A stretch of DNA of 63,453 bases, filler included, from Octopus bimaculoides (taxonomy: Eukaryota), in assembly GCF_001194135.2 (NCBI RefSeq). It is 7 parts of 6 records of this genome, joined end to end, with 100 filler letters (N's around TTAATTAATTAA, not from the genome) between each part and the next. Parts side by side here need not be neighbours in the genome. Positions count along the whole stretch, not along the records: positions 35,504 to 55,499 come from NC_069004.1; positions 55,600 to 59,321 come from NC_068991.1; positions 59,422 to 60,720 come from NC_068988.1; positions 60,821 to 62,147 come from NC_068988.1; positions 62,248 to 63,453 come from NW_026326427.1; 2 more parts are not named here. One strand, 5' to 3'. The translations under genes were made by a program, and so were the position numbers. Positions within the stretch are counted from its first letter, which is position 1; every line of letters starts with the position of its first letter. Shown piece by piece: positions 51,290 to 63,453 of the stretch. The notes below the pieces were generated by a model. The model had not been told where the DNA came from. It did no database searches and was given only the letters and a program-made list of their open reading frames with translations.

Positions 51290-52261
51290 CCTGTATTATA
51301 ATTTATATATATATATATATATACACACACATATATATACATTTATTTATATATATGTATATATACACATACATATATGCATATATATATATACATATAT
51401 ATACACACATGTACACATATATACATATATATATGCACACATGCATACATATATACAAACATACATATACATATATATACATATATATGAATATATATGC
51501 ACGCAAATAAAATGAGGTGTTTTTTACATTTGAGATGTGTATGAGTGTGTACATTTACACATACATTTATAATTAGCCTCTATGTCTGTCTATATACCTA
51601 TCTCTTGTCTGTTTCTCAAAATTTGTCACAGTGAACTGTGAGAACCATAACCATCCTCCAAGAATGGACAAAGGTTGAGCAAGAGACTAGCAACCATTTT
51701 CCTTTTTCTCATGAAAACCATCTCAAAGAAACAGTCTAAGAATACCTTGGTGTACAACACTTCACGAAATAATAACAGAAGGGCAGACCCCCTCATTGAA
51801 TTTGTCCCTCTTGGAAACAGTGAGATATGACTTGAGGGAAATGTTTGCTGCTGTTTCTAACAAACTGAGAAGTATTATGTTGATTCACTTTCTAAATCAC
51901 TTCAGTGGTTGGCTTGTTGGATTGGCTCAGTGACTTCATTTTCATCCGGCATCGAGTACACTTTTCCTTTTTTAGTTATGTGCTCATGGCAATCACCCCT
52001 TCCTCAAATAAACACTTATCTCTCTCACTCTTGGCCTCACTCTCTCTCTGCCTGACTCTTTCTCTCTGTCTCTCACTCTCACCACATCCTGCTTACTGGC
52101 CTGTCCTCATTTCTAACATCAAAAGCTCCAGCTTTTTTTGTGACACAAACCTGTCCATGATTTTTCGACTTCTTGGCTTACAAGGGAGTATAACCAAATA
52201 CTACCCATTACAAAATAAATAAATTAATTAATTAATAATAATAAATGATAATAATAATGAT

Positions 52262-52930
52262 AAATGCCCTGATGCAGTACCAGACAGTGGCTCTCATGGC
52301 TTTTGATCTTAATTGATTGGAAGTGTTATCATGTACATTGTTTTGTCTTGGTATAAAAGATGGGCTACAGCAAATATTCTGCTCAATACCAATGCTTTGA
52401 TGCAGTACTAGGCACTAGTTCTCATGGCTTCTGATCTTAACTGATCTGAAGTGTTATCATGTACATGTTTTTCTTGGTATAAAACCATGGGCCAGAACAA
52501 ATATTCTGCTCAGTATCAGATTTGCTTGTCAGTTATTTGACCATAACCAGTTGAGCATGTCTCTTGGTGGTTAATATGTGCATCTCTGATCATGAGCAGA
52601 AGTAGTGGGGGAGCATCATATCCATGTGTTGAGAGGAATTCTTTGGAGCTTGAATAATTCACCTCTGGATTTTCGTTCAACATCCTTAAGCAACCTTTAT
52701 TAGGGACCTTTTCAGTGGGATGGGCCACTTAAAGAAAATTCTAACTGGGCCCCACCTGCAAGGTCATGCATTGCTATTCTTGATACAAGATCACCATGTC
52801 ACACACATATGGTTGTGATGCATATTCCTGGTGTGCACTTATCAGACAGGTAGTCATGATGGCTATACTGGATTTCGTATATTTGTACCCCGGTGTCACT
52901 TTGATGGCATGCACTCAATAATAATAATAA
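52262..52930 (+). mobile_element. Non-autonomous retroposon family D (about 650 bp, (AAT)n tail); copies at 37070-37605(+) and 46905-47360(-)
   Basis: Three clearly homologous copies with shared blocks such as gaaaattctaactgggccccacctgcaaggtcatg. Confidence 0.85.
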
Positions 52931-54073
52931 TAATTTCAAATTTTGGCACAAGGAATTTCAAGGGTGAGTCCATTACATTGACCCCAGTGATCAACTGGTA
53001 TTTATTCTATTGACTCCAAGAGGATGAGAGGCAAAGTCTACCTTGGTGGAATTTGCACTCTGAATGTAAAGACACATGGAATGCTGCTAAGCATTTTCTG
53101 TGGCATTGCTAATAATAATCGTTTCAAATTTTGGCACAAAGCTGGGGACGTAAACACACCATCATTGGTTGTCAAGCGATGGTGGGGGAACACATGCATA
53201 CATACACACACAACAGGTTTCTTTCTGTTTTCGTCTACCAAATCCACTCACAAGGCTTTTGTCAGTTGTGTATTTCTTTCAATTAATTTTAAATATAACA
53301 AAGATTTTAGTAAAATAACTTAGTTATCATTAAGCTAGGGTTAGGAATATAAATTGTGACTAAGGTTTGGTGGAAGATTTTAATTCAGAACTTTTGAAAA
53401 CAAGACATTTGTACTACAGAGCCAGTGACAGTTTCAGCCAGGTTGGTAACGAAAGGGTTAAGAGAAGCTATTTAAGAAAGAAAGAATGATTTTATTGCTG
53501 TTGAGGTCATCTTCACCTTTCATATCTTCAACATCAATACTAATGGGACCTGTGGAAATTCCACAGAGTAAAAATGATTAATAATTGTAAGCTGATTACA
53601 TTGACCCCAGTCCTCAGCACATCTCTCTTGCTATTCTCCAGGGCAACGCCTTTTCCATTTTGTCTGCTGGGGCCATGAGAAATGTGTCTATATTGTGAGT
53701 GGATCTGGTGGACAGAGATCACATGGCTCAGTGGTTAGAGCGTGGGGCTCACAATTATGTGGTAGTGAGTTTGATTTCAGGATTGGGCTGTGTGTTGTGT
53801 TCTTGAGCAAGACACTTTATCTCATGTTGCTCCAGTTCACTCAGCTGTAAAAATGAGTTGCGATGTCACTGGTGCCAAGCTGCAACAGTCTTTGCCTTTC
53901 CCTCGAATAACATCCGTGGTGTGGAGAGAGGAGGCTTGTATGCATGGGCGACTGCTAGTCTTCCATAAAACAACCTTGCCCGGACTTGTACCGTGGAGGG
54001 AAACTTCCTAAATGCAATCCTAATGTTATTTATGACCATGAGATTATATATACATATACATACGTATATATAT

Positions 54074-54158
54074 ATATTATAGTGGGATAGGCCGGTTTGT
54101 GGGGTTACCCTGGGTTTCTCAGGTTAACTCCATAAACCGGCCTACCCCACTATAATAT
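54074..54158. repeat. Small fold-back MITE, about 38-bp arms, in a TA context
   Basis: atattatagtgggataggccggtttg... / ...taaaccggcctaccccactataatat. Confidence 0.8.
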
Positions 54159-55640
54159 TAACCCTTCTACATCTTCTCCTGGATTTATGTATTTTTACAA
54201 ACTATATATATATATATCATCATCATCATCATCATCGTTTAACGTCCGCTTTCCATACTGGCATGGGTTGGACGATTTGTCTGAGGACTGGCAAACCAGA
54301 TGGCTGCACCAGGCTCCAGTTTGATCTAGCAGAGTTTCTACAGCTGGATGCTCTTCCTAATGCCAACCACTCTGAGACTGTAGTGAGTGCTCTTACGTGC
54401 CACCGGCACGAGGGCCAGTCAGTATATATATATATATATATATATATATACTGATTGAAACTATCCTTTTTATCAACCTTGAATTAATGAAACGCAAAGT
54501 CGACCTTCACAGAATTTGAACTCAAAACGTAAAGATGGCTGGAATGCTGCTGTGCAGAAACGATTCTGCCAGCTTGTTGCTTTTAGATTTCAATACATCA
54601 TTAACATAGAACATCCACCAACCGTATTGCCGACTGGTAGAGGACAGTGAGTTCCTGACAACAATGACAACACCCTTCTAGTTTATTTTTCTTTCTTATA
54701 TTTTTCTTTAAAGACATTTTAATTATGTGAGTCCAAGATACACGATGTTTGAATAAAAGACTGGGATGGTCTCAACTAGAATACCATTATTCATAGCAAT
54801 TTGGTTGGATCTGGGTTGATTGAGTTAAACAGTAACATCCACAGACATTTAGTTCATTTAACGGAGGAGTGTCTTGTGGTCTTGTTACCGTATGCATATG
54901 TGTATTCTCTGTCAAACTGCTCTGGACTTAATGTTCTGTTTATTTTACTTCAGAAGGAGATATTTCATTTTTGCACTTTAAATCTGTTTGACAACATTCC
55001 TTAATTTCATCCTCAGGGAGGATGGTAAATTTAATCCCTTCTTCTCAAAACTGCTCGCCTTGTGTTTCTTAAATTTATAAGTCATGGCCTTCCTCTACAA
55101 CATGGGAAATTATCCAGCACACATGGCTCTCTGTCAATTCTTTGGGTGTGTATGTTTTAAGTATTGTAAATTACAAATCTACAAATAGATAATCAGCTGT
55201 AGAAGCTCTGCCAGATCAGATTGGAGCCTGGTGCAGCCATCTGGTTCGCCAGTCCTCAGTCAAATTACAAATAGATGAGATATTTTTTGTTATTTTCCCC
55301 CAAGCTTTTTTTCCCCTCAGATTTATATTTATATATATATAATAAAAAATGGTGTTAGGCAGTTTTATTGGATGAATTCCAGACATTTAAAATATATCTG
55401 AAGAAAAAAAAAAAATCTTGAAGAAAGCCAAAACTGAGAAATTATGAAAACATGGAATCTGTACCTCACTTCTCTCTTAATTCACAATGCTTAAAATATN
55501 NNNNNNNNNNNNNNNNNNNNNNNNNNNNNNNNNNNNNNNNNNNTTAATTAATTAANNNNNNNNNNNNNNNNNNNNNNNNNNNNNNNNNNNNNNNNNNNNA
55601 AAAGAGATACGTAGTAGTAACAGAGGAAGAACGAGAGGGG

Positions 55641-55700
<60 letters not shown>

Positions 55701-55979
55701 TTTACTACTTCGCTTACAGACTGTATTTACAAGGGAAGGGTTAGCCAGTCAGAATTTTTGTAGGGATACAGTAGCTTTTGGGATTTAGTGCTAACTTATT
55801 TACTCATATAACCAAATACGCCAACAATTATTTCTACTGATGTAAATGTATAACTTGCTTGAGAAGCCGCACGTTTCAAAGCTTTTGCTTGTTACGCGTT
55901 TTCTCATTTCCACTCATGTGGAAAGAAATGCTGACATCTGCAACGCAGCTGACCTATATAACGGAGCATAATTCTCAAT

Positions 55980-56156
55980 ATGTACGTAACTGCATGGCTG
56001 TATATGTCTGTACGCATGCAAGTATGTGTGTGTGGTTGTGTGCACGCATGCGTGTATGCATGCGCGTATATATGTGTGTGTATGTTTGTATGTATCTATG
56101 CATGTATGCGTGTGTATGTATGTAATTATGCCTGTATGTTTGTACGTATGAATATA

Positions 56157-56200
<44 letters not shown>

Positions 56201-56537
56201 CATATACATATATATATATGTATATATGCATACATATATATATATATATATTTATATATATNNNNNNNNNNNNNNNNNNNNNNNNNNNNNNNNNNNNNNN
56301 NNNNNNNNNNNNNNNNNNNNNNNNNNNNNNNNNNNNNNNNNNNNNNNNNNNNNNNNNNNNNNNNNNNNNNNNNNNNNNNNNNNNNNNNNNNNNNNNNNNN
56401 NNNNNNNNNNNNNNNNNNNNNNNNNNNNNNNNNNNNNNNNNNNNNNNNNNNNNNNNNNNNNNNNNNNNNNNNNNNNNNNNNNNNNNNNNNATATATATAT
56501 ATATATATATATATACAAATATATACATATACGTACA

Positions 56538-56571
<34 letters not shown>

Positions 56572-56580
56572 CATACATAC
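55980..56580. repeat. Degenerate (TG)/(TA)/(CA) microsatellite tract with gap
   Basis: Direct reading; explains the spurious YI/CV ORFs. Confidence 0.95.
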
Positions 56581-57469
56581 ATAAATATATGTATGTGTGT
56601 ACATGTACACGTTATTGTGTTTGTGCGTGCACAGAGACATACGTGTGTTGTACCGTAAGTGATGCAAAAGTGGACATAACTTTTGCATTAACCTATATGT
56701 GCAGTTTAGATTGCTCATAACGGTAAGTAACTCATCCCTGTAACACCTCGTTATGTTGTTCGTGAAACACAAATAATAGATCCAAACAGTAGGGAACGTA
56801 TAATCATTGAATTATAACAGAAGGAAGGGTTCTAGCAGAGTAACATAAGGAGAAGCGAACAATATATTTAGAGATGAAACCATTATATGACCAATGTGCG
56901 CACATGACTTGAAAAGTCTAAAGAAGAGCAAAGCAGCTTTGAAGACAAACCATTTGGTGGGCGATCACTAGTTATGGCCACTGAGACGAATCATGAGTGA
57001 GACGGCGGACTGATGCGAGATCGGACAAGTCACAATTCGAGAGTTTTTTGCACAACAGGACCTATATAACGGAGCATAATATGTACATACATAAATATAT
57101 GTATGTGTGTACATGTACACGTTATTGTGTTTGTGCGTGCACAGAGACATACGTGTGTTGTACCGTAAGTGATGCAAAAGTGGACATAACTTTTGCATTA
57201 ACCTATATGTGCAGTTTAGATTGCTCATAACGGTAAGTAACTCATCCCTGTAGAAAATGGTAGAAGACCCACAGTCCAGAATTTACATTGAAAATTCTAC
57301 CTTAGTATTGCAGGGATTATAAATGTTGTATTCCATGCAGTCAGCGATGTGGATAGAATCTTGAGTCATGTCAATGGGTCTATCGTGTAATGAAATGAGC
57401 ACAAAGTTTCAGCACAGTTTTTGTAGCAGTTAAGACTCGTATTCTAATTGCATATATGTGTGTATATTT

Positions 57470-57493
57470 AATACACACACCCACAAAAACACA

Positions 57494-57586
<93 letters not shown>

Positions 57587-57595
57587 ACACACACA
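57470..57595. repeat. (CA)n microsatellite
   Basis: Direct reading. Confidence 0.95.
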
Positions 57596-58869
57596 AGCAC
57601 TTGCACAAATAAGTATTACAAACATACATTTGATGGATAGCAGGCCCGTCAAGCTTCATTGGACCTGTAGAACAAAAGTCACTTTGTATCCGATGTCACG
57701 TAATGAAGGTATGTTTTGCTTCTACATGATGTCCCAGCGGGTCGTGGTGTCTGAGGACGTAACACAGGAGTATTCGGGGTTGGAAAGAAATATTATTGTT
57801 GTGGTTATATGGTTGATAACTGGGTAAGTAGGTACAAAGGTATACATGGGTCAGTCGTGTGGGATAATGTGGGGTCAGTTTAATCTTGTAAGCGTCGTGC
57901 GTGAACACCGGTGGCATCATTAATGTGATAAGGTATATTCACTTTAAAAAGGGGAATAACCATGAGTTATCGTCCCTTGCGCGTAGTTGGCAGTTAGGCG
58001 GCGCTGAACAGCGTAGCTATGAAAGACAGTCGTCTTCATGTTCAAACAGTCGCGTTTTTGCTTTATCCGGATACACATGGCGACTCACGCAGAACATTTC
58101 TCCTGTGGCTCATCTACGTTTGCAAAGCCAACATGGTAGCTGAAACTAGCTAAACTAATATCTTTGGGACTTGAAACTCTCTCTCTCTTGTTCTCTCATT
58201 ACGAACCGGTGACAGAACATACAAGCCCTCGTTAGATAAATACTTTCCTTTGACTTACTCTTGTGTCATTTTGCTTACGTTAACCTGAAGTTTGGTAAGA
58301 CGCATTCAATAAGTTCTTAAGTAAATTGCGACCAACATTCAATTGTTCTTTGTATGAACACGTTTGAATTGAACTTCCATTTGCATGAATACGTTTGAAT
58401 TGAACTTCCATTTATGTGTCTACATTTTCACTGTGTTACAATAATTTTTTTGTTGTAGATATTCTGAACTCTGTGTGTCGTCGTAGTTATTCGTTGTTAA
58501 CGAATTAATTTTTGTCTTCCCCAAAAAGGAGGCGCTAAAAACTGGTGACTTGAACGTGTGTAAAAGCCGGTGACGTCATTGATAACTAAATGCAGTATAT
58601 TTGACGTTTTCAGGTCCGTTAAGGATTTTACTAGAACTCCTGACGTTTTGGATGACAAATTTGAGCATCATGATAGATGCCACAGAATTTCATAATCCAT
58701 CAATTAGCAAAAGAGGCAAACTGCAAAAAGGAGATTCACTACTTTAACAATGACAGAAACTTCATGTTCTAATCTTCATTCCCGAAATACCAATGAAAAG
58801 TATTCCACATTTTCACCATCCGCTATCTTTTCTTTATCAAATTTTTCAGCTAGAATTCTTTATTATTTT

Positions 58870-59240
58870 ATTCTTTTACTTGTTTCAGTCATTTGACTGT
58901 GGCCATGCTGAAGCACCGCCTTTAGTCGAATCAAATCGACCCCAGCACTTATTCTTAGTAAGCCTAGTACTTATTCGATCGGACTCTTTTGCCGAACTGC
59001 TAATGTAACGGGGGACCTAAACACACCAGCATCGGTTGTCAAGCGATGTTGGGGAGACAAACACAAACATAAAAAAAGAATATACACATGCATACATATA
59101 TACATATATATGCATATATACGACGGGCTTCTTTCAGTTTCTGTCTAACAAATCCCCTCACAGGGTTTGGGTCGACCCGAGGCTATAGTAGAAGACACTT
59201 GCCCAAGGTGCCACGCAGTGGGACTGAACCCGGAACCGTA
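58870..59240 (-). mobile_element. SINE family A, antisense; partial copies also at 21515-21640(+), 35235-35403(-), 53140-53260(-), 59437-59541(-)
   Basis: Sequence similarity within the window. Confidence 0.85.
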
Positions 59241-59791
59241 GAGATATTCAATGAAATTGTAAACCGTTGTCTCGTCTTCATTATTTGAAGATTTCAACCA
59301 TTTTTCAACTAATTCCAAATTNNNNNNNNNNNNNNNNNNNNNNNNNNNNNNNNNNNNNNNNNNNNTTAATTAATTAANNNNNNNNNNNNNNNNNNNNNNN
59401 NNNNNNNNNNNNNNNNNNNNNATATATATATATATACGACGGGCTTCTTTCAGTTTCCGTCTACCAAATCCACTCACAAGGCTTTGGTCGGCCTGAAACT
59501 ATAGTAGAAGACACTTGCCCAAGGTGCCACGCAGTGGGACTATATATATATATTGCAATAAGAAAATAGAGCGGAATATGTGGTACTCATCAACTTGCAG
59601 ACATTATATTATGTCAATTTACCTGTCTATTTTTCAACTAAGAGGACAGGATAATAAAACCAATATACAAACACATATAACATATTATGTCATATCAGCA
59701 ATAAAAATTAAAAAGGACATCTAGTTTATTACGGTCATACCTAGATTTCAATTTTTTTTAGCAAATAAAATAATTTGCTATATATATATAT

Positions 59792-60295
59792 AGGCTCTGT
59801 GGTAAGAAGATTGCTTCCCGATCACATGGTTCTGGGTTCAATCCCATTGCATGGCACCTCGGGGAAACTGTTTTCTACTATAGCCTCGGGCCGAATAAAG
59901 CCTTGTGAGTGGATTTGGTGGCAGACGGAAAGAGAAAGAGGCCCATCGTAAACGCTATTATTTCAATCAAATATTAATAAATGTGTGTGTATACATACAT
60001 ACATACATACATACATACATACTTATGTATGTGTGCGTGTGCGTATGCATGTGTCTGTATGTGTGTGCGTATGTGTTTTTGTGTCTGTGTGTGTTAGTGT
60101 CGGTCCCCTCCCCTCACCACCGATTAACAACTGGTGCTAGTGTGCTTACGTGTCCGTAACCTATCGGTTCAGCAAAAAAGACCGATAGAATAAGTACTAC
60201 ACTTCAAAATAGTCCTGGGATCAATTTGTTTGACTTAAGCCGTTTAAAGTGGTGCTCCAGCATGGCCGCAGATCAATGACCGAAACAAGTAAAAG
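59792..60295 (+). mobile_element. SINE family A with expanded internal microsatellite
   Basis: Head at 59792, (CATA)n/(TG)n insert, tail ...gaaacaagtaaaag. Confidence 0.85.
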
Positions 60296-60959
60296 GTAGG
60301 GCCAACGCACGAAACATATTTCACGCAATATTATATATATATACACGCACGTGCATATACACACTCACACACATGAAGACAGATAGATAGATAGATAGAT
60401 AGGTTTCTTTATTAGCCACACAGGGCTCAACACAGAGGGGACAAAATACAAATGTAGAGTTTTTCTTTTCGAGGGGGTCGAAAACAAAGCAGAAAAAAAA
60501 ACAAAAGTGGGGACAACGATGAAAAAAAACATCGCAAAACGTTTGGGGTATTTACAAAAAATTCCCAATAAATGGGGAGGTTATCCGTGGAAAGAAAAAC
60601 CTACGAAAAGACCACGGTAACCTCGGTCTTTAGCGTCACAGTTTGTTAAATAAAATTTCTTTTATTTAAGCAAGAAACGTAAGTAACTCTCTGTTTACAA
60701 AATTTTAAAACGTTTTATAGNNNNNNNNNNNNNNNNNNNNNNNNNNNNNNNNNNNNNNNNNNNNTTAATTAATTAANNNNNNNNNNNNNNNNNNNNNNNN
60801 NNNNNNNNNNNNNNNNNNNNATATAGGTGAGAAAGTTGGTATGTGAAAGCACGTGGTTGGATGTATAAAAGATAATAAGAGTGAAAAAACTACAGAAGGC
60901 TTGTGTTACATGGTTAAAGTATATATTTAAATTATGTCAGAAAAATGTTAGAAAAATGT

Positions 60960-61155
60960 TATAAAATCTTTTTGGTATATAAACATTGTATTTTGAGAAA
61001 TAACCGGTTTCGTGTTGTCATTTCAAATTTCTTCATTGTAACGTGTTCGTTCCAGACGAACGAACACGTTACAATGAAGTAGAGAAATTTGAAAAGACAA
61101 CACGAAACCGGTTATTTCTCAAAATACAATGTTTATATACCAAAAAGATTTTATA
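60960..61155. repeat. Near-perfect fold-back (MITE-like), about 90-bp arms
   Basis: tataaaatctttttggtatataaacattg...caatgtttatataccaaaaagattttata. Confidence 0.85.
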
Positions 61156-61503
61156 TATATATAGGACAAGAGCGCAAAACATCCGGACAGTTAGGTGAAA
61201 CACAAATGGGACAACAAAACATTCAGATAGACGATACAAACAAAACAAGGACGGGTCATTTGAAGTGTTCTTTCCACAGTCGAGAACCAGATTATCTTCG
61301 CAATTTCGGCTGATTATACTCGAGATTGCTCCAATTTGGCCAGCCCTAAGGAAAAACGAAGCTCAAAGCATTAGAATCTAAAGATATTTACAATCTAAAA
61401 ATGTTTTGGTTTTGGACAGGTTCTTCGTTGACTGAGTTGTAGAGTGGTGGTTCGTCTCTAAATTAGCTATCTATAACTATAGTATAGCTGAGTTTGTGTG
61501 TGT

Positions 61504-61535
<32 letters not shown>

Positions 61536-62888
61536 TGCATCTATAGAAATCCACATTTTCCACTTTTTTGTAAAAAGTTTTTCATCAATGGAATTTTCTC
61601 GATGTGAACTTCCCAGTGCAGTAATTAGATTTTTAAAATTCCTTTTACTTTGTGTGATTTAAGGGAGATTCGGCTGTTGTTTCTAGCAACTTTCATATTT
61701 CTTCCCTTCTACCTGGAACGGCGTTATTACACACGCGCTCAACATATAATATAGAGAGTAAGAGTAAAAGAGGGAGAGAGTGGAGAGAGAGAGAAAGTGA
61801 TACATACGAAGTCATAAATTAAACTTTCCTCTCAGTATTCTTTACCTATTTTTCATAACATTGTCACGTAAAAACACACACAACCACACATACGTGATCT
61901 GTGACAACAACATACACATTGCTCACGTTCTCTATTCATTTCTCTCCCTCTTCCTCACTCGCTCTCTGAAACGCATACACGTGCAAGTAAACACAATCAT
62001 TCACAAAAATATAACTCATGTTCGTCAATGTGGCATAACTACAGAGTTGTAATCCACGAATTTGGAAGGTCATAACTTTCAGAAAAATGAATATTTTTTT
62101 ATGAAATTTTCTATGCATATATTATTTATTATGTAAATTCCGAATATNNNNNNNNNNNNNNNNNNNNNNNNNNNNNNNNNNNNNNNNNNNNTTAATTAAT
62201 TAANNNNNNNNNNNNNNNNNNNNNNNNNNNNNNNNNNNNNNNNNNNNGGGACTGAACCCAAAACCATGTGGTTGGTAAGCAAGCTACTTACCACTTATGA
62301 TCTATTCAAGGAATGAAAGGTGTTAAAATGCATGACCCTTCTGTTCTGGAACTTGGGGTCCACAAAATCAAAATAATCGGGTTCGAATCCCCTAAAAGTA
62401 ACTGAAACAAGTAAAAGAGTGCAGTGCTGTTTCTACTTCGTTGATTTTCACCGATCACGGGGCGGTTTCGGGACGTAACACCGGCGACAGTCGAGGGACT
62501 ACAATAGCGAATTTTCCACATTTGTCTTTATTGATTTCTTTTACAATTTCACTGTTAAAAGCTTATAAATCTATTTTTAGAGAAAACTTTATGAATTATC
62601 ATCGATATTAAGTTAGTCTAGTCGTGATCCCTCACTCATCCCTTTGGTGGGTGCTAGACTTAGCTCCTTAAAAAGAGGGAGCTACAAAAAAAAAACAAGG
62701 TCTTATCGAATGAATATGATCCGAGATATACTGCATATAGCCATAATTAACAGACTCATTTTTACTTACAGTAGTAATTATATTATATCTGATAAAACTA
62801 GTAATAGTTATTAAAATATAATGAGACCTCATCAAGCACAGGGGAGTCATTAACTTGCAATGTATAAAGTTACATTGTCGTAAATGTA

Positions 62889-62980
62889 CAGGGGCTGGAC
62901 AAAATAATGGGAACACCCAGCATCATAGCATCATTATCTTGAAATATCTATAAAACCGTCAAAAGCTTGTTTATTTTTAA
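62889..62980 (+). mobile_element. Tc1-like element left terminus
   Basis: TA-CAGGGGCTGGACAAAATAATGGGAACACC is a Tc1-type TIR; the partner TIR is not seen in the window. Confidence 0.5.
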
Positions 62981-63453
62981 GTCTTTTGATTTATTATTTG
63001 TGTTAATTAACCCATTACCTACCAGTGATCTCATATGAGATCACTTAAAACTTACAAATTTCGTAATTATCTGTCAATATTTACACATATCTAACCTTTT
63101 TCCTATATCTACTAGGTATATTTCTCTGATATTCAAATGAGGTTTGCTAATTTTTCACCCAATATCTCGCTTATTTCTATTTAAAATATTATTTTGATCA
63201 TTCCAGCGTGTTTCTAAGGCTGTTTTATGCTAGAAATCAAAGTTTCATTAAAAAAAAAATTCCAGTTAATAGAATTATGGGAGGTAATATGTGTATTGGG
63301 TTAACATATTTATTGGGAGTTACATGGATGGACCAACTCCTTTCATTCAGATCCAAAATGCCTGAAGATTGACACCACGCTTGAAACTCGGAGTGCCAAC
63401 GAATCTGAATAAAACTGTTTTGATCCATATACATATATATATATATATATATA

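Noticed and set aside
54586-54647. Exon-like FQYIINIEHPPTVLPTGRG with donor gtgagt
   Set aside because: The acceptor derives from a SINE end and there is no similarity to the GCN2 C-terminus.
58354-58412. Short two-copy tandem repeats (also 2316-2345, 41358-41495, 49990-50045)
   Set aside because: Simple slippage duplicates with no spacer diversity; not CRISPR-like or otherwise informative.
62370-62390. gggttcgaatccc tRNA T-arm/B-box
   Set aside because: No acceptor, D or anticodon arms around it; it sits among SINE fragments.

Overview
AT-rich, gap-riddled eukaryotic genomic DNA. The SINE families, RTE LINE remnants and AT/CA/AAT/GATA microsatellites look like an octopus (coleoid cephalopod) genome; this is inferred from recalled repeat sequences, not from a search. 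Almost all ORFs in the supplied track are artefacts of N-gaps, microsatellites or repeats. One real spliced gene is visible on the + strand: five consecutive phase-0 exons (23591-23671, 24545-24694, 27156-27269, 29851-29985, 31936-32019, plus a possible sixth at 34034-34089). They encode a divergent HisRS-like/anticodon-binding region of a GCN2 (EIF2AK4)-like protein; I found no kinase or RWD exons. The rest is mostly mobile-element debris: several tRNA-derived SINE families, RTE and CR1/L2 LINE fragments, a Gypsy integrase remnant, hAT, mariner, pogo, Tc1 and piggyBac-type MITEs, Helentron-like HINEs and Penelope-like ends with hammerhead-ribozyme-like motifs. Best leads: altered HisB and motif-3 residues in the GCN2-like domain; an AA where exon homology and branch-point spacing predict an AG acceptor (candidate A-to-I-dependent splice site); a GC-AG intron; a CpG-rich housekeeping-promoter motif cluster inside an intron; and several long fold-back structures, one carrying two hammerhead-like motifs.
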